This document shows positions 22,163-33,592 of a stretch of DNA of 64,000 nucleotides, in pieces (the first letter of the stretch is position 1; each line of letters opens with the position of its first letter). Under the pieces are notes generated by a model, which saw only the letters and a program-made list of their open reading frames with translations, searched no databases and was not told the DNA's origin. The translations under genes and the position numbers were made by a program. Where the stretch lies: NCBI GenBank assembly GCA_964035575.1, contig OZ037837.1, forward strand, positions 1,550,001 to 1,614,000, in the 5' to 3' direction. Source of the DNA: Rhynchopus sp. YZ270_cl-10 (lineage: Eukaryota).

Positions 22163-24056
22163 TTGAAAATTGTGTGTTTTTTTGTAATGTGTGCAAAGTG
22201 TTACTGAGTGTGGGGATGCGTTCAAGAATTAAACTCTTCCCCCCAAACCCCCTGTTTTTCTTGCTTACTTGTGTGCTACAGACAAACATGACAACGCTAA
22301 CCACGACTGCCACGGCAGAGCGGGGTCCCAAACGGTTCACTGGGGGGGATCCACATAGATACAGAAAACAAAAAATACGAAAGCAAGGAAGAAAACCAGT
22401 AAAAAAAAAAAAAAAAAAAAAAAAAACCCCTGTTTTCTTTATTCAAACGTCAAGTGGATAATAATTTTAAACCGGATTCGTCTTTTTGTTTAGTTTTCTG
22501 AGTGGTGCGCTCTATGGTTGGCTGATGACTACGTTTGCAGCGAAAAAAAAAAATATATAGTGGAGCTCATCTTCGGGTGTCTGCGCTAATACAAAAACCA
22601 AGTTTTCAAAAATAAATCTGATTTTAATCAAGCAGAGAATTTGTAGTGAGCCCCGTTTTCACTTTGCGGCGTCTTCTTTTCCTGCATGCAGTATTTTATG
22701 TGTGCGCGGAAGACTATCTGCTTTGACATCAACTAAACAAAAAGACGAACGTAGTTTTATTATTATTTAGGATACACTGTTACGAGAGGGTTGTTGTATT
22801 TTAGGCCAAGATATTGTTGTGGCTGCAAAGTGATTGACTGCGTACCACACGTTGTGAGTGATATGGGGGGGTGAGGAAGATTTTAACGGACTCCAACCCT
22901 CCCCGATTTGGTTGCAATTATTATCATGCTTTCTGTTCGTCTGAAAGTTTTTTGAATCAATTTTTCTTGAACAAGATAAAACAAAAAGCTTGCGTTTCTT
23001 TTATCGAACAGATTTTATTCTCCGCCCCGTACCCAAAACATAAACACCACTGTGAATCAGAAAAAATATTTTCCCTTTTCTTTTTTCTTCCACACACGCT
23101 TGTTTTTGTGCTTCGTCATTTTTTATTAAAAAAGCTTTCCCTTGTTTCGAGTGCGAAACGTTTCTCCATGTATTGCACGGGAAACAACATGACAAACAGG
23201 TGCAGGGTGGTTCCGTGCTTACCATAGAACCTGGCACCTTGTGTGTCTCCCAAAAACCAAAAAAGCGTTGTGTGTGAAGTTTTGAAGGAAGGAAAAATAA
23301 AATCTTCTTTTTGCTTTTCTGGAACATCTGAGGTTTTTAATCTCTATTTTCTTTGGAGTAGTGGGGCTGAAGTAGCACGACGAGTAATAGTAGTGCAACA
23401 TACCCACATGCTCCTTGCGACTTCGGGTTCCACACTGTGACCCGGCAAGGGGGACAGTTTCCCTTTTTCTCTTGGGGGCACAGCCTCCCAAGGTCTGGCA
23501 GAGCCTCGTGACTCTGGACAAAAATGGGGCGAGTTCCCTTTTTCTCTCTATTTTTGTTTGTTTCTTCTTTGTGACTGCACCTAGTAAGACTCGTCCGCGT
23601 GTGTACAAAATTCTAATATGTGTATGCCATTTTCCACGTAGCCGGTGGGTCTTCAAAGGTGGCTGTCATCTTACCAACGTTACCCTTCCCTAATTGACCC
23701 CTCCCCCCCCTTTTTGTTTGACAATAGTGGACTAAAGTTCATAAATATTTTCCGATTTTGGTTTTTGTGAACAAGATAAAACAAATACGCTTGCGTTTCT
23801 TTTATCAAACACATTTTTATTCTCCCCCCACACCCAAAGCGGCAACACTTTTGTTCTAGAAAATAAATATCTTCCCTTTCTTTCTCTTCCGCACGCGCTG
23901 GTTTTTGTGTGGAAACCTTTCTTATTCTCCATCTCGCCAAGCTCCCCAACCCCTCTCGCAGTGTTGCTAACATCGAGTCAGCCATGTGCACTCTTTGTGT
24001 CAGTCACTACGCTTTCTTGACACCAAAACACTTGCACAGAACAGAGACACAAAATC

Positions 24057-25139
24057 ATGGAAATATGTGTGGAGAGCTTTGACGGAGAGAAGTACACAGT
24101 CGAGGTGGGTGTGGATGATACAACTGCGGACATACGGCGGAAGGTGGCGTCTGCAGCAGAGTTGTGCGAAGACGGCTTTGACATAAGCTTTGGCGGGAAG
24201 GTGATGGCCGAAGGAGACGACACGACGCAGCTGAGTGCTGGGGACACGATTGTTCTGACGAAGACGCTGTCGCAGAAGGACGACGCCATTGCAGCTCTTC
24301 GTGACTTGGGTGAGACCAACCTGACGACAGAACGGTTCGAAGGTCTGGAAGATCCCAAGCTGATTCATTTGTTTCTACAGGCAGAAGTTGTTACTGAGAT
24401 ACCGAACACATTCTTGCAAGGGAGTACGTTTGAAGAACTTGATCTCAGTGGTGTGTCGGGTGTCACTGCAATAGGCGCCAACGTCCTCTCCCACTGCAGG
24501 TCACTGCACACAGCTGATTTATCTGGGTGGAACAATGTGACGCACATCTCCCACTACGTCCTCGAGGGCGGTGAAATGACTGCCTTAACCAGTGTTGACT
24601 TGTCGGGGTGGAGCAATGTGACGCACATAGGGTACTGCTTCCTGCAAAAGTGCGTCAAATTGAGGAAACTTGACTTCTCTGGGTGGAACAATGTGACGCA
24701 TATTAAGGACTACTTCTTGTCTGGCTGCACCGCGGTATCCACACTTGACTTGTCTGAGTGGAGGAATGTGATACAGATCGACAGGTACTTCCTGAGTTAC
24801 TGCAGCGCATTGACCACACTAGACTTATCTGGGTGGAGGAATGTGACGCATATTGATAAGTGCTTCATGCGGGCCTGCACCGCGTTGACCACAGTTGACT
24901 TATCTGGGTGGGGCAGGCTGACGCAGATAGAGGAAGGCTTCCTCTCAGGATGCATTGCATTGAGAAGGCTTGACGTGTCTGGGTGGAGGAGTGTGACGAT
25001 GATCGGGCCAGGCTTCCTCGAAGGATGCAACATGCATCCAAGAAGCATCAACATCACCGGATCGAGCAGTGTTGTGTCAGACTGTGTGCATGGACGTAAC
25101 ATCATGGACAATACCAAGTGTCAATGTGTGTGCACGTGA
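24057..25139 (+). CDS. Ubl - LRR - CaaX protein, copy 1 (8 LRRs)
   Basis: N-terminal Ubl MEICVESFDGEKYTVEVGVDDTTADIRRKV; 25-aa LRRs TTLDLSGWRNVTHIxxxFLxxCxAL; C-terminus KCQCVCT. Confidence 0.88.
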   Translation: MEICVESFDGEKYTVEVGVDDTTADIRRKVASAAELCEDGFDISFGGKVMAEGDDTTQLSAGDTIVLTKTLSQKDDAIAALRDLGETNLTTERFEGLEDPKLIHLFLQAEVVTEIPNTFLQGSTFEELDLSGVSGVTAIGANVLSHCRSLHTADLSGWNNVTHISHYVLEGGEMTALTSVDLSGWSNVTHIGYCFLQKCVKLRKLDFSGWNNVTHIKDYFLSGCTAVSTLDLSEWRNVIQIDRYFLSYCSALTTLDLSGWRNVTHIDKCFMRACTALTTVDLSGWGRLTQIEEGFLSGCIALRRLDVSGWRSVTMIGPGFLEGCNMHPRSINITGSSSVVSDCVHGRNIMDNTKCQCVCT

Positions 25140-25652
25140 GGACGTGCATCTTTCGAGAGGCTCGCTACTCGTTAGCCTGTTCAAACAACCACTTTTTGAT
25201 TTTGCAGTACGTTCCAAAAGGAAGCGCACCATTTTCTGCATGTTTTTTTTTTTTTGATGTAGTTGTTTCCCAGTGACTTAAAGGGGGGTGGGGGATAAAA
25301 CAATTATCCCCCGTTTTTTCTCCCCCATTTTATTTTATTTTTAGTAAACACGTAGTATTTGACAAAATGCTCGAGACCCTCGTGAAAAGTCGCGCGTTCG
25401 GCGTATCCACCTCCCCGCTTGCTTTCCCCCTCTGTGGAAGCGAACAACAAACAACCAAAATTTTTCCTCTTCCCGTTTTTATCCTTTGAGCAACAAGCAA
25501 AGAGTAACGAGTCTCTCGAGCATTTTATCCCCCACTACAGTTATCCCCCACTTCCCACACCGCGTTTTTGGTGTGGATTTTCCTTGGGGATGGGGATATT
25601 CAGATGGGAAAAAAGAGAGATTTTTTTTTTTATCCCCCACTACAACTATCCC

Positions 25653-26446
25653 CAGGGGTCCTAAGAGTGGTAACTTTTACCACTTCTGAGGTGACCTTTT
25701 TTATTTTTTTTGAAATCCGAAGGTCACTTCGAAGTGACCTTCGAAAAGTGCCCTAAAAAGTGACCTTCCCTTTTTATTTTTGAAATCCGGTGTCACGAAG
25801 TGACCTCGGATGCTTAACATACACCGGGAACACGTTGGAGGGTACGGTATTTTTTTTCTTTTTTGCCAAGATCAGTGGTCTGCAGTGCTGCAGGTTGCCA
25901 CAATGTACAATTTTCAGCGCAATTTTTTTTGGCAAAGTTGCGTACCGTGGCTTCGCCAGAAACTTTCGTTTTGGCAAAATACGTAAGTAAAATTTGCGGA
26001 AACTGACGATAATTACCAACGACAGTGCCATTTTATGGCAAATTTTTTAGAAATGTTGCGTACCGTGGCTTCGCCAGGAACTTTTGGGTGACATGACCGC
26101 CGTTTCTTTTATAAATGTACTCATGTTACTGATAAGAAGGCTGACACCCACTCAACATCGGCCAAAACATCTGCCTATGGCTGTGTTGTGTTGTTCGTGG
26201 TAGCATAATGGTGGCACCAGACTGCGAGACCGCGAAATTGCCTCAAAAAAAATCGTCTCTAGTGCCCTGTCCCTATTATACGGCGATAACCAACGTCCAG
26301 TGTATGTCCGAGGAATTTGCACCTTTTCAACTTCACTTTTGTTGTTCCTCTGAGGGGGAAAGGTTTTTTTTTTCCTCCCCAAAAAACGAGAAGTGACCTT
26401 GAAGTTACCATTTTTATTTTTTTTGAGAACAGCGTTAGGACCCCTG
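25653..26446. mobile_element. Non-autonomous hAT-type element nested in the previous element
   Basis: Perfect 12-bp TIR CAGGGGTCCTAA/TTAGGACCCCTG, 8-bp TSD ACTATCCC (25645-25652 and 26447-26454), and subterminal AAGTGACCT repeats. Confidence 0.9.
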
Positions 26447-26489
26447 ACTATCCCCCATTTTTTGAGAAGAAACAACTGGCGATATTTTT

Positions 26490-27110
26490 TATTTTATCCC
26501 CGCTTGAGACCATGAATTTCACGCCCCTTCACAAAATCGTGAAGGAGGTGCGTGAATTTATTTTCCGGTATTTCACGCTCAAAAAATAAATTCACGCTCA
26601 GAAAAATAAATTCACGCTCAGAAAAATAAATTCACGCTCAGAAAATCGTAGAACTGAACTCTCGAAAATTTTTTTGGAGGCCTTTGGAGGCCCAATTTTG
26701 CAATTAAAGCCAGAAAAGAGGCATTTTGAGCCATTCTAGGGGTCTCAAACGCATTTTTCAGTTAATTTTCTGTAGCACACAAACCAAGGATACACACCGT
26801 TTTTTTTTCCCAATATTCTTCCAAAATCCCAAATGACACCTCAAAAACGTACGAGGGCACCTGTGGAGAGTGAGTCCGACACGAACACAAGTGACTCATC
26901 GTCATCGTCTTCCTCATCTTCATCAGAAGTACAGCCGCTTAAGCGCCACAAACCCGCTGCACCAGTTCTGGCTCAAGGCGCTGTCCAGCGCTAAGAGTTC
27001 CACATAAAAAAACTGAATCAAAAATCATCATAAAAATAACCATCCCACCCTCTTCTCTTTGTACGTGAAAACGGGTTGTGAAATTCATGGTCTCATTTGG
27101 AGATAAAATA
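26490..27110. mobile_element. Inverted-repeat element with internal 20-bp tandem repeat
   Basis: TGAGACCATGAATTTCAC near 26505 is mirrored by GTGAAATTCATGGTCTCA near 27078. (AAAAATAAATTCACGCTCAG)x3 lies at about 26582-26641. Confidence 0.6.
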
Positions 27111-27118
27111 ATATATTT

Positions 27119-27263
27119 TCGTGAATTTATACCAGTATTTCACTTACAGGTGGAAACAGCCCTCGGGGAAGCATTTTTCCCCTCGGGCTTCGCCCTCGGG
27201 AAAAAATGCTTCCCCTCGGGCTGTTTCCACCTGTGCGTGAAATACTGGAAAATAAATTCACGA
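27119..27263 (-). repeat. Long hairpin with GCGAAGC loop and CGAG/CGAG internal motifs (minus strand)
   Basis: Arms cgtgaatttat..ccagtatttcac..acaggtggaaacagccc..gggaagcattttt are mirrored on the right. The centre is gcttcgc at 27187-27193. Confidence 0.9.
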
Positions 27264-27876
27264 TAATAATATATATTATCCGCCATTCTACAGTTATCCC
27301 CCACTACAATTATCCCTCCCCCCCTTTATCATTGACAGCGCAAACGTCACAACAGCAGGTCTTATGTTTTGTTAAGGTACACTATCACGAGAGTGCTTTG
27401 TATTTGTGTTTGTATTTCACGTCAAGTTTGTTTTGCAGTAACTTCTGTAGTAACGATGTGTGGAAGAGATGCCCATTCATCTACCACGTGTTTTTGTTTC
27501 ACTTTTGTGTGTTGTGAGAGAAATGTAAAAGGTTGTTGGAACCTGTTGTCATGATAAAAGCCATGACGCCATTGAGCGACTCATAGGCGCGTCAGTATCG
27601 GTTGTTTGCGCTTCATATCGCAGAGGATAGAGAAACTGAAACGTCATTAAAAATTACAAAACTGATGAGCACTGATCAGAGCAGCCACTCTGCCTCGGTT
27701 CAAATCGGGCACATGTCTGCACATCTCTTCAGTGAACTGAACACTGGAGAACTATTTTTACAAACAAACCACACACCCCAGCCTTTCTTCTTTGCACCTT
27801 GCCAATCCCCTTCTCCTTGTGTCACTACGCTTTCTTGCCACACCAAAACACTTGCACAGAACAGAGACACAAAACC

Positions 27877-28878
27877 ATGGAAATATGTGTGGAGAGCTTT
27901 GACGGAGAGAAGTACACAGTCGAGGTGGGTGTGGATGATACAACTGCGGACATACGGCGGAAGGTGGCGTCTGCAGCAGAGTTGTGCGAAGACGGATTTG
28001 ACATAAGCTTTGGCGGGAAGGTGATGGCAGAAGGAGACGACACGATGCAGCTGAGTGCTGGGGACACGATTGTTCTGACGAAGACGCTGTCGCAGAAGGA
28101 CGACGCCATTGCAGCTCTTCGTGACGTGGGTGAGACCAACCTGACGACAGAGAGGTTCAAAGGTCTCAAAGATCCCAAGCTGATTCATTTGTTTCTGCGG
28201 GCAGAAGTTGTTACTGAGATACCGAACACATTCTTGCAAGGGAGTACGTTTGAAGAACTTGATCTCAGTGGTGTGTCAGGTGTCACTGCAATAGGCGCCA
28301 ACTTCCTCTGCGAATGCAGGTCATTGCACACAGCTGATTTATCTGGGTGGAGCAATGTGACGCACATCGACAGTAGCTTTCTCGAGGCCTGCAGCACATT
28401 GAAGGCACTTCACTTGACTGGGTGGAGCAATGTCACGCAGGTTGGATCCTCGTTCCTCGGCTGCTGCAGCACATTGACGACGGTTGACTTGTCTAGATGG
28501 AGCAATGTGACGCACATCGACAGGTACTTCCTCGAGGGCTGCAGCGCGTTGACCACACTTGACTTATCTGGGTGGAGGAATGTGACGCATATTGAGTACG
28601 GCTTCTTGTCGGACTGCACCGCGTTGACCACAGTTGACTTATCTGGGTGGGACAGGCTGAAGCGGATTAAGCATGGCTTCCTCTCAGGATGCATTGCATT
28701 GAGAAGGCTTGACTTGTCTGGGTGGAGGAGTGTGACGGAGATCGGGACAGGCTTCCTCGAAGGATGCAGCATACATCCAAGAAGCATCAACATCACCGGA
28801 TCGAGCTGTGTTGTGTCAGACTGTGTGCATGGACGTAACATCATGGACAATACCAAGTGTCACTGTGTGTGCACGTGA
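27877..28878 (+). CDS. Ubl - LRR - CaaX protein, copy 2 (7 LRRs)
   Basis: Paralog of 24057..25139. ATG in the aaaaccATGgaa context; ends KCHCVCT. Confidence 0.88.
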   Translation: MEICVESFDGEKYTVEVGVDDTTADIRRKVASAAELCEDGFDISFGGKVMAEGDDTMQLSAGDTIVLTKTLSQKDDAIAALRDVGETNLTTERFKGLKDPKLIHLFLRAEVVTEIPNTFLQGSTFEELDLSGVSGVTAIGANFLCECRSLHTADLSGWSNVTHIDSSFLEACSTLKALHLTGWSNVTQVGSSFLGCCSTLTTVDLSRWSNVTHIDRYFLEGCSALTTLDLSGWRNVTHIEYGFLSDCTALTTVDLSGWDRLKRIKHGFLSGCIALRRLDLSGWRSVTEIGTGFLEGCSIHPRSINITGSSCVVSDCVHGRNIMDNTKCHCVCT

Positions 28879-29462
28879 GGACGGGCATCTTTCGAGAGGC
28901 TCGCTACTCGTTAGCCTGTTCAAACAACCACTTTTTGATTTTGCAGTACTTTCCAAAAGGAAGTGCACGATTTTCTGCATGATTTTTTTTGGACTTACTT
29001 GTTTTTCTGGTGACTTATCATTGACAGCGCAAACGTCACAACAGCAGGCCTTATGTTTTGTTAAGGTAGGCCAGCACACGCTAGACAACCCAGTGCACTT
29101 GTTGTGCTCCCGAATTCGCCCGAACTGTATTTCGGTGGGTCCAAGTATGTCCCACGAAGCACGAGAGCGAGACGCGGAAAATAATTTATTTTTTCTTTTG
29201 TTTTCTTTCCATTATTTGCCATATCCCGAAGTCAGATTCTATATTCATTTCTCTCTTTTGCTTTCCTTGAGAAGAGCCCTTTGCGTCCCCTCTCTCTGCT
29301 ATCTCTGCTATGTGTCTTTTTCTTCGCAAATTGAGAACTATTTTTTCGAACAAACCACACACCCCAGCCTTTCTTCTTTGCACCTTGCCAATCCCCTTCT
29401 CCTTGTGTCACTACGCTTTCTTGCCACACCAAAACACTTGCACAGAACAGAGACACAAAACC

Positions 29463-31240
29463 ATGGAAATATGTGTGGAGAGCTTTGACGGAGAGAAGTA
29501 CACAGTCGAGGTGGGTGTGGATGATACAACTGCGGACATACGGCGGAAGGTGGCGTCTGCAGCAGAGTTGTGCGAAGACGGCTTTGACATAAGCTTTGGC
29601 GGGAAGGTGATGGCAGAAGGAGACGACACGACGCAGCTGAGTGCTGGGGACACAATTGTTCTGACGAAGACGCTGTCGCAGAAGGACGACGCCATTGCAG
29701 CTCTTCGTGACTTGGGTGAGACCAACCTGACGACAGAGAGGTTCAAAGGTCTGGAAGATCCCAAGCTGGTTCATTTGTTTCTGCAGGCGGAAGTTGTTAC
29801 TGAGATCCCCTTTGCATACTTGAGCTGTTTTACGTTCGAAGAACTTGATCTCAGTGGTGTGTCAGGTGTCACTGCAATAAACAGCGAATTCCTGTGCTAC
29901 TGCAGGTCATTGCACACACTTGAGGGGACAAAGACGTGAGGTGGCAGCCCCCCGGCATTTTTGCCCTGGCGTCCCCGGATATAATCTCTTTTTTGAGTGA
30001 ACGAAGGCCACGCGTGGGATGGTTGCATTGCACTTTTGCAAACCCGGGCACATGATACTGGAGGGTCCAAAGCAACTGGAGGAGGTGTATGCTGGGCTTT
30101 TTGTGCCCTCAGGGATTTAAGCGAACCTGCACCTACTTTACGACCATGCAGAGCTTTTGCTTTTCTTTTCTTTGCTTTTCTTTGCTTTTTGTAGGTGCTG
30201 ACCTGCGGCAGTGGTTTGCATCAGTTGGGTGTTCCACTCACCGCAGTTTAGAGAATTAGGAGATGCCAGTCATTCGTTCCTCCCATTGGAATGACTGGTG
30301 GTTTTATTGTTGTTTATTTCTTTTGACGCTGCCAGAGTGCGGACCTTGACCTGGCTTATATACTAACCTAGGCCACCAGCGGTGGTATACGGCCCCTGTT
30401 CACTTAGGTGTCGCTTCTTTGTTGGGTATAAGTCAGCAAATGGGATCAAGCCACTCTCTGGCACACCGTGGTGCCATCCTTCCCTTTTGCTGGTTTTTCT
30501 TTTTGCGGGGGTGGATCACGTTTTTCAAGTTTAATATGTCATTGCACACACTTGACCTTTCTGGGTGGAGCAATGTGACGCACATCGGTAACAAATTCCT
30601 GGATGGCTGCAGCGCATTGACCACACTTCACTTCTCGGGGTGGAGGAATGTGACGCACATCGCCAACTACTTCCTGAATGACTGCAAATCATTGGCCGCA
30701 CTGGACTTCTCTGGGTGGAGCAATGTGACGCACATCGGGAGCTACTTCCTGTATTGCAGCGCACTCACCGCAGTTGACTTATCTGGGTGGAGGAATGTGA
30801 CGCACATAGAGAACTGCTTCTTGTCTAGCACCGCGTTATCCACACTTGACTTGTCTGGGTGGAGCAACGTGACGCACATCGGGAACTACTTCCGGAATGA
30901 CTGCAGAGCGTTGACCACACTAGACTTATCTGGGTGGAAGAATGTGACGCTCATTGATGAGTACTTCTTGTCCTATTGCCCCGCGTTGACCACAGTTGAC
31001 TTATCTGGGTGGAGCAATACGACGCAGATACAGCCTGGCTTCCTCTCAGGATGCATTGCATTGAGAAGGCTTGACTTGTCTGGGTGGAGGAGTGTGACGG
31101 TGATCGGGCCAGGCTTCCTCGAAGGATGCAACATACGTACAAGAAGCATCAACATCACCGGATCGAGCAGTGTTGTGTCAGACTGTGTGCATGGACGTAA
31201 CATCATGGACAATACCAAGTGTTACTGTGTGTGCACGTGA
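29463..31240 (+). pseudogene. Ubl - LRR - CaaX copy 3 (9 LRRs), interrupted by a 614-bp insertion
   Basis: Joining 29463-29923 to 30556-31240 gives an intact 381-aa frame ending KCYCVCT. Confidence 0.85.
29924..30537. mobile_element. Retroposon-like (SINE/non-LTR) insertion with 18-bp target site duplication
   Basis: GTCATTGCACACACTTGA occurs at 29906-29923 and 30538-30555. No TIRs and no credible ORF. Confidence 0.8.
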
Positions 31241-31947
31241 AGACGTGCATCTTTCGAGAGACTCGCTACTCGTTAGCCTGTTCAAACAACCACTTTTGGA
31301 TTTTGCAGTACGTTCCAAAAGGAAGTGCACGATTTTCTGTATGTTTTTTTTTGATGTAGTTGTTTCCCAGTGACTTATCGTTGACAGCGCAAAAGTCACA
31401 ACAGCAGGCGTTATGTTTTGTTAAGGTACACTGTCACGAGAGTGCTTTGTATTTGTGTTTGTATTTCACGTCAAATTTGTTTTGCAGTAACTTCTGTAGT
31501 AACGATGTGTAGAAGAGATGCCCATTCATCTATCATTTTGTGTGTTTTCAGATTGTTGTGTTGTGAGAGAAATGTAAAAGGTTGTTGGAACCTGTAGCAT
31601 GATAAAAGCCATGACGCCATTGAGCGACTCATAGGCGCGTCAGTATCGGTCTGCGAATCACATTGAAAACGGCGTTGTTTGCGCTTCATATCGCAGAGGA
31701 TAGAGAAACTGAAAATTCATGAAAAATTACAAAACTGATGAGCACTGATCAGAGCAGCCACTCTGCCTCGGTTCAAATCGGGAAAATGTCTGCACATCTC
31801 TTCAGTGAACTTAACACTGGAGAACTATTTTTACAAACAAACCACACACCCCAGCCTTTCTTCTTTGCACCTTGCCAATCCCCTTCTCCTTGTGTCACTA
31901 CGCTTTCTTGCCACCAAAACACTTGCACAGAACAGAGACACAAAATC

Positions 31948-32874
31948 ATGGAAATATGTGTGGAGAGCTTTGACGGAGAGAAGTACACAGTCGAGGTGGG
32001 TGTGGATGATACAACTGCGGACATACGGCGGAAGGTGGCGTCTGCAGCAGAGTTGTGCGAAGACGGCTTTGACATAAGCTTTGGCGGGAAGGTGATGGCC
32101 GAAGGAGACGACACGACGCAGCTGAGTGCTGGGGACACGATTGTTCTGACGAAGACACTTTCGCAGAAGGACGACGCCATTGCAGCTCTTCGTGACTTGG
32201 GTGTGACCAACCTGACGACAGAGAGGTTCAAAGGTCTCAAAGATCCCAAGCTGATTCATTTGTTTCTGCAGGCAGAAGTTGTTACTGAGATACCCTTTGG
32301 ATTTTTGAGCGGTCGGAGGTTCGAAGAACTTGATCTCAGTGGTGTGTCGGGTGTCACTGTTACAGAAAGCCTCTTCCTAACATAATGTGTTGCATTACGC
32401 ACAGTTGACCTTTCTGGGTGGAGCAATGTGACGCACATCGGGAACAACTTCCTGGATACCTGCAGGGCGTTGACCACAGTTGACTTATCTGGGTGGAGGA
32501 ATGTGACCCATATTTGCCGCTACTTCCTGGATAACTGCAACGCATTGACCACACTAGACTTATCTGGGTGGAGGAATGTGACGCATATTGATAAGTGCTT
32601 CATGCGGGCCTGCACCGCGTTGACCACAGTTGACTTATCTGGGTGGGACAGGCTGACGCACATACAGCCTGGCTTCCTCTCAGGATGCATTGCACTGAGA
32701 AGGCTTGACTTGTCTGGGTGGAGGAGTGTGACGGTGATCGGGACAGGCTTCCTCCAAGGATGCAGCATGCATCCAAGAAGCATCAACATCACCGGAGCGA
32801 GCAGTGTTGTGTCAGACTGTGTGCATGGCCGTAACATCATGGACAATACCAAGTGTCACTGTGTGTGCACGTGA
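31948..32874 (+). pseudogene. Ubl - LRR - CaaX copy 4 (6 LRRs) with one in-frame TAA
   Basis: The frame continues through TAA at 32383-32385 (SLFLT*CVALRTVDL) to KCHCVCT. Confidence 0.85.
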
Positions 32875-33592
32875 GGACGTGCATCTTTCGAGCGGCTCGC
32901 TACTCGTTAGCTTGTTCAAACAACCACTTTTTGATTTTGCAGTACTTTCCAAAAGGAAGTGCACGCTTTTCTGCATGTTTTTTTTTTGGATTTATTTGTT
33001 TTTCTGGTGACTTATCGTTGACAGCGCAAAATGCACAACAGCAGGCGTTATGTTTTGTTAAGGTACACTGTCACGAGAGTGCTTTGTATTTCTGTGTGTT
33101 TGTATTTCACGTCAAATTTGTTTTGCAGTAACTTCTGTAGTAACGATGTGTGGAAGAGATGCCCATTCATCTATCACCTTGTGTGTTTTCAGATTGTTGT
33201 GTTGTGAGAGAAATGTAAAAGGTTGTTGGAACCTGTTGTCATGATAAAAGCATGATGCCATTGAGCGACTCATAGGCGCGTCAGTATCGGTCTGCGAATC
33301 ACCTTGAAAACGGCGTTGTTTGCGCTTTATATCGCAGAGGATAGAGAAACTGAAAAGTCATGAAAAATTACAAAACTGATGAGCACTGATCAGAGCAGCC
33401 ACTCTGCCTCGGTTCAAATCGGGCAAATGTCTGCACATCTCTTCAGTGTGAACTTAACACTGGAGAACTATTTTTACAAACAAACCACACACCCCAGCCT
33501 TTCTTCTTTGCACCTTGCCAATCCCCTTCTCCTTGTGTCACTACGCTTTCTTGCCACACCAAAACACTTGCACAGAACAGAGACACAAAATC

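Larger units (their letters stand above)
25281..27326. mobile_element. Composite non-autonomous DNA element with TA target duplication, containing nested elements
   Basis: gact-TA|AAGGGGGGTGGGGGATAA ... TTATCCCTCCCCCCCTT|TA-tc. The paralogous 3' flanks show the empty site gacttatc. Confidence 0.8.

Noticed and set aside
22203..22253. GGGGATGCGTTCAAG motif as tRNA or tRNA-derived SINE
   Set aside because: No cloverleaf or properly spaced A/B boxes could be built, so it is kept only as an interspersed repeat.
24430..25030. CRISPR-like or DGR-like pattern of constant 75-nt scaffold with variable segments
   Set aside because: These are in-frame protein LRR repeats. There are no cas genes, no reverse transcriptase, and no template repeat with adenine-specific differences in the window.
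32383..32385. Stop-codon reassignment (TAA read as sense)
   Set aside because: TAA, TAG and TGA all appear to terminate other genes here (11851, 14006, 48582), and long ORFs contain no in-frame TAA.
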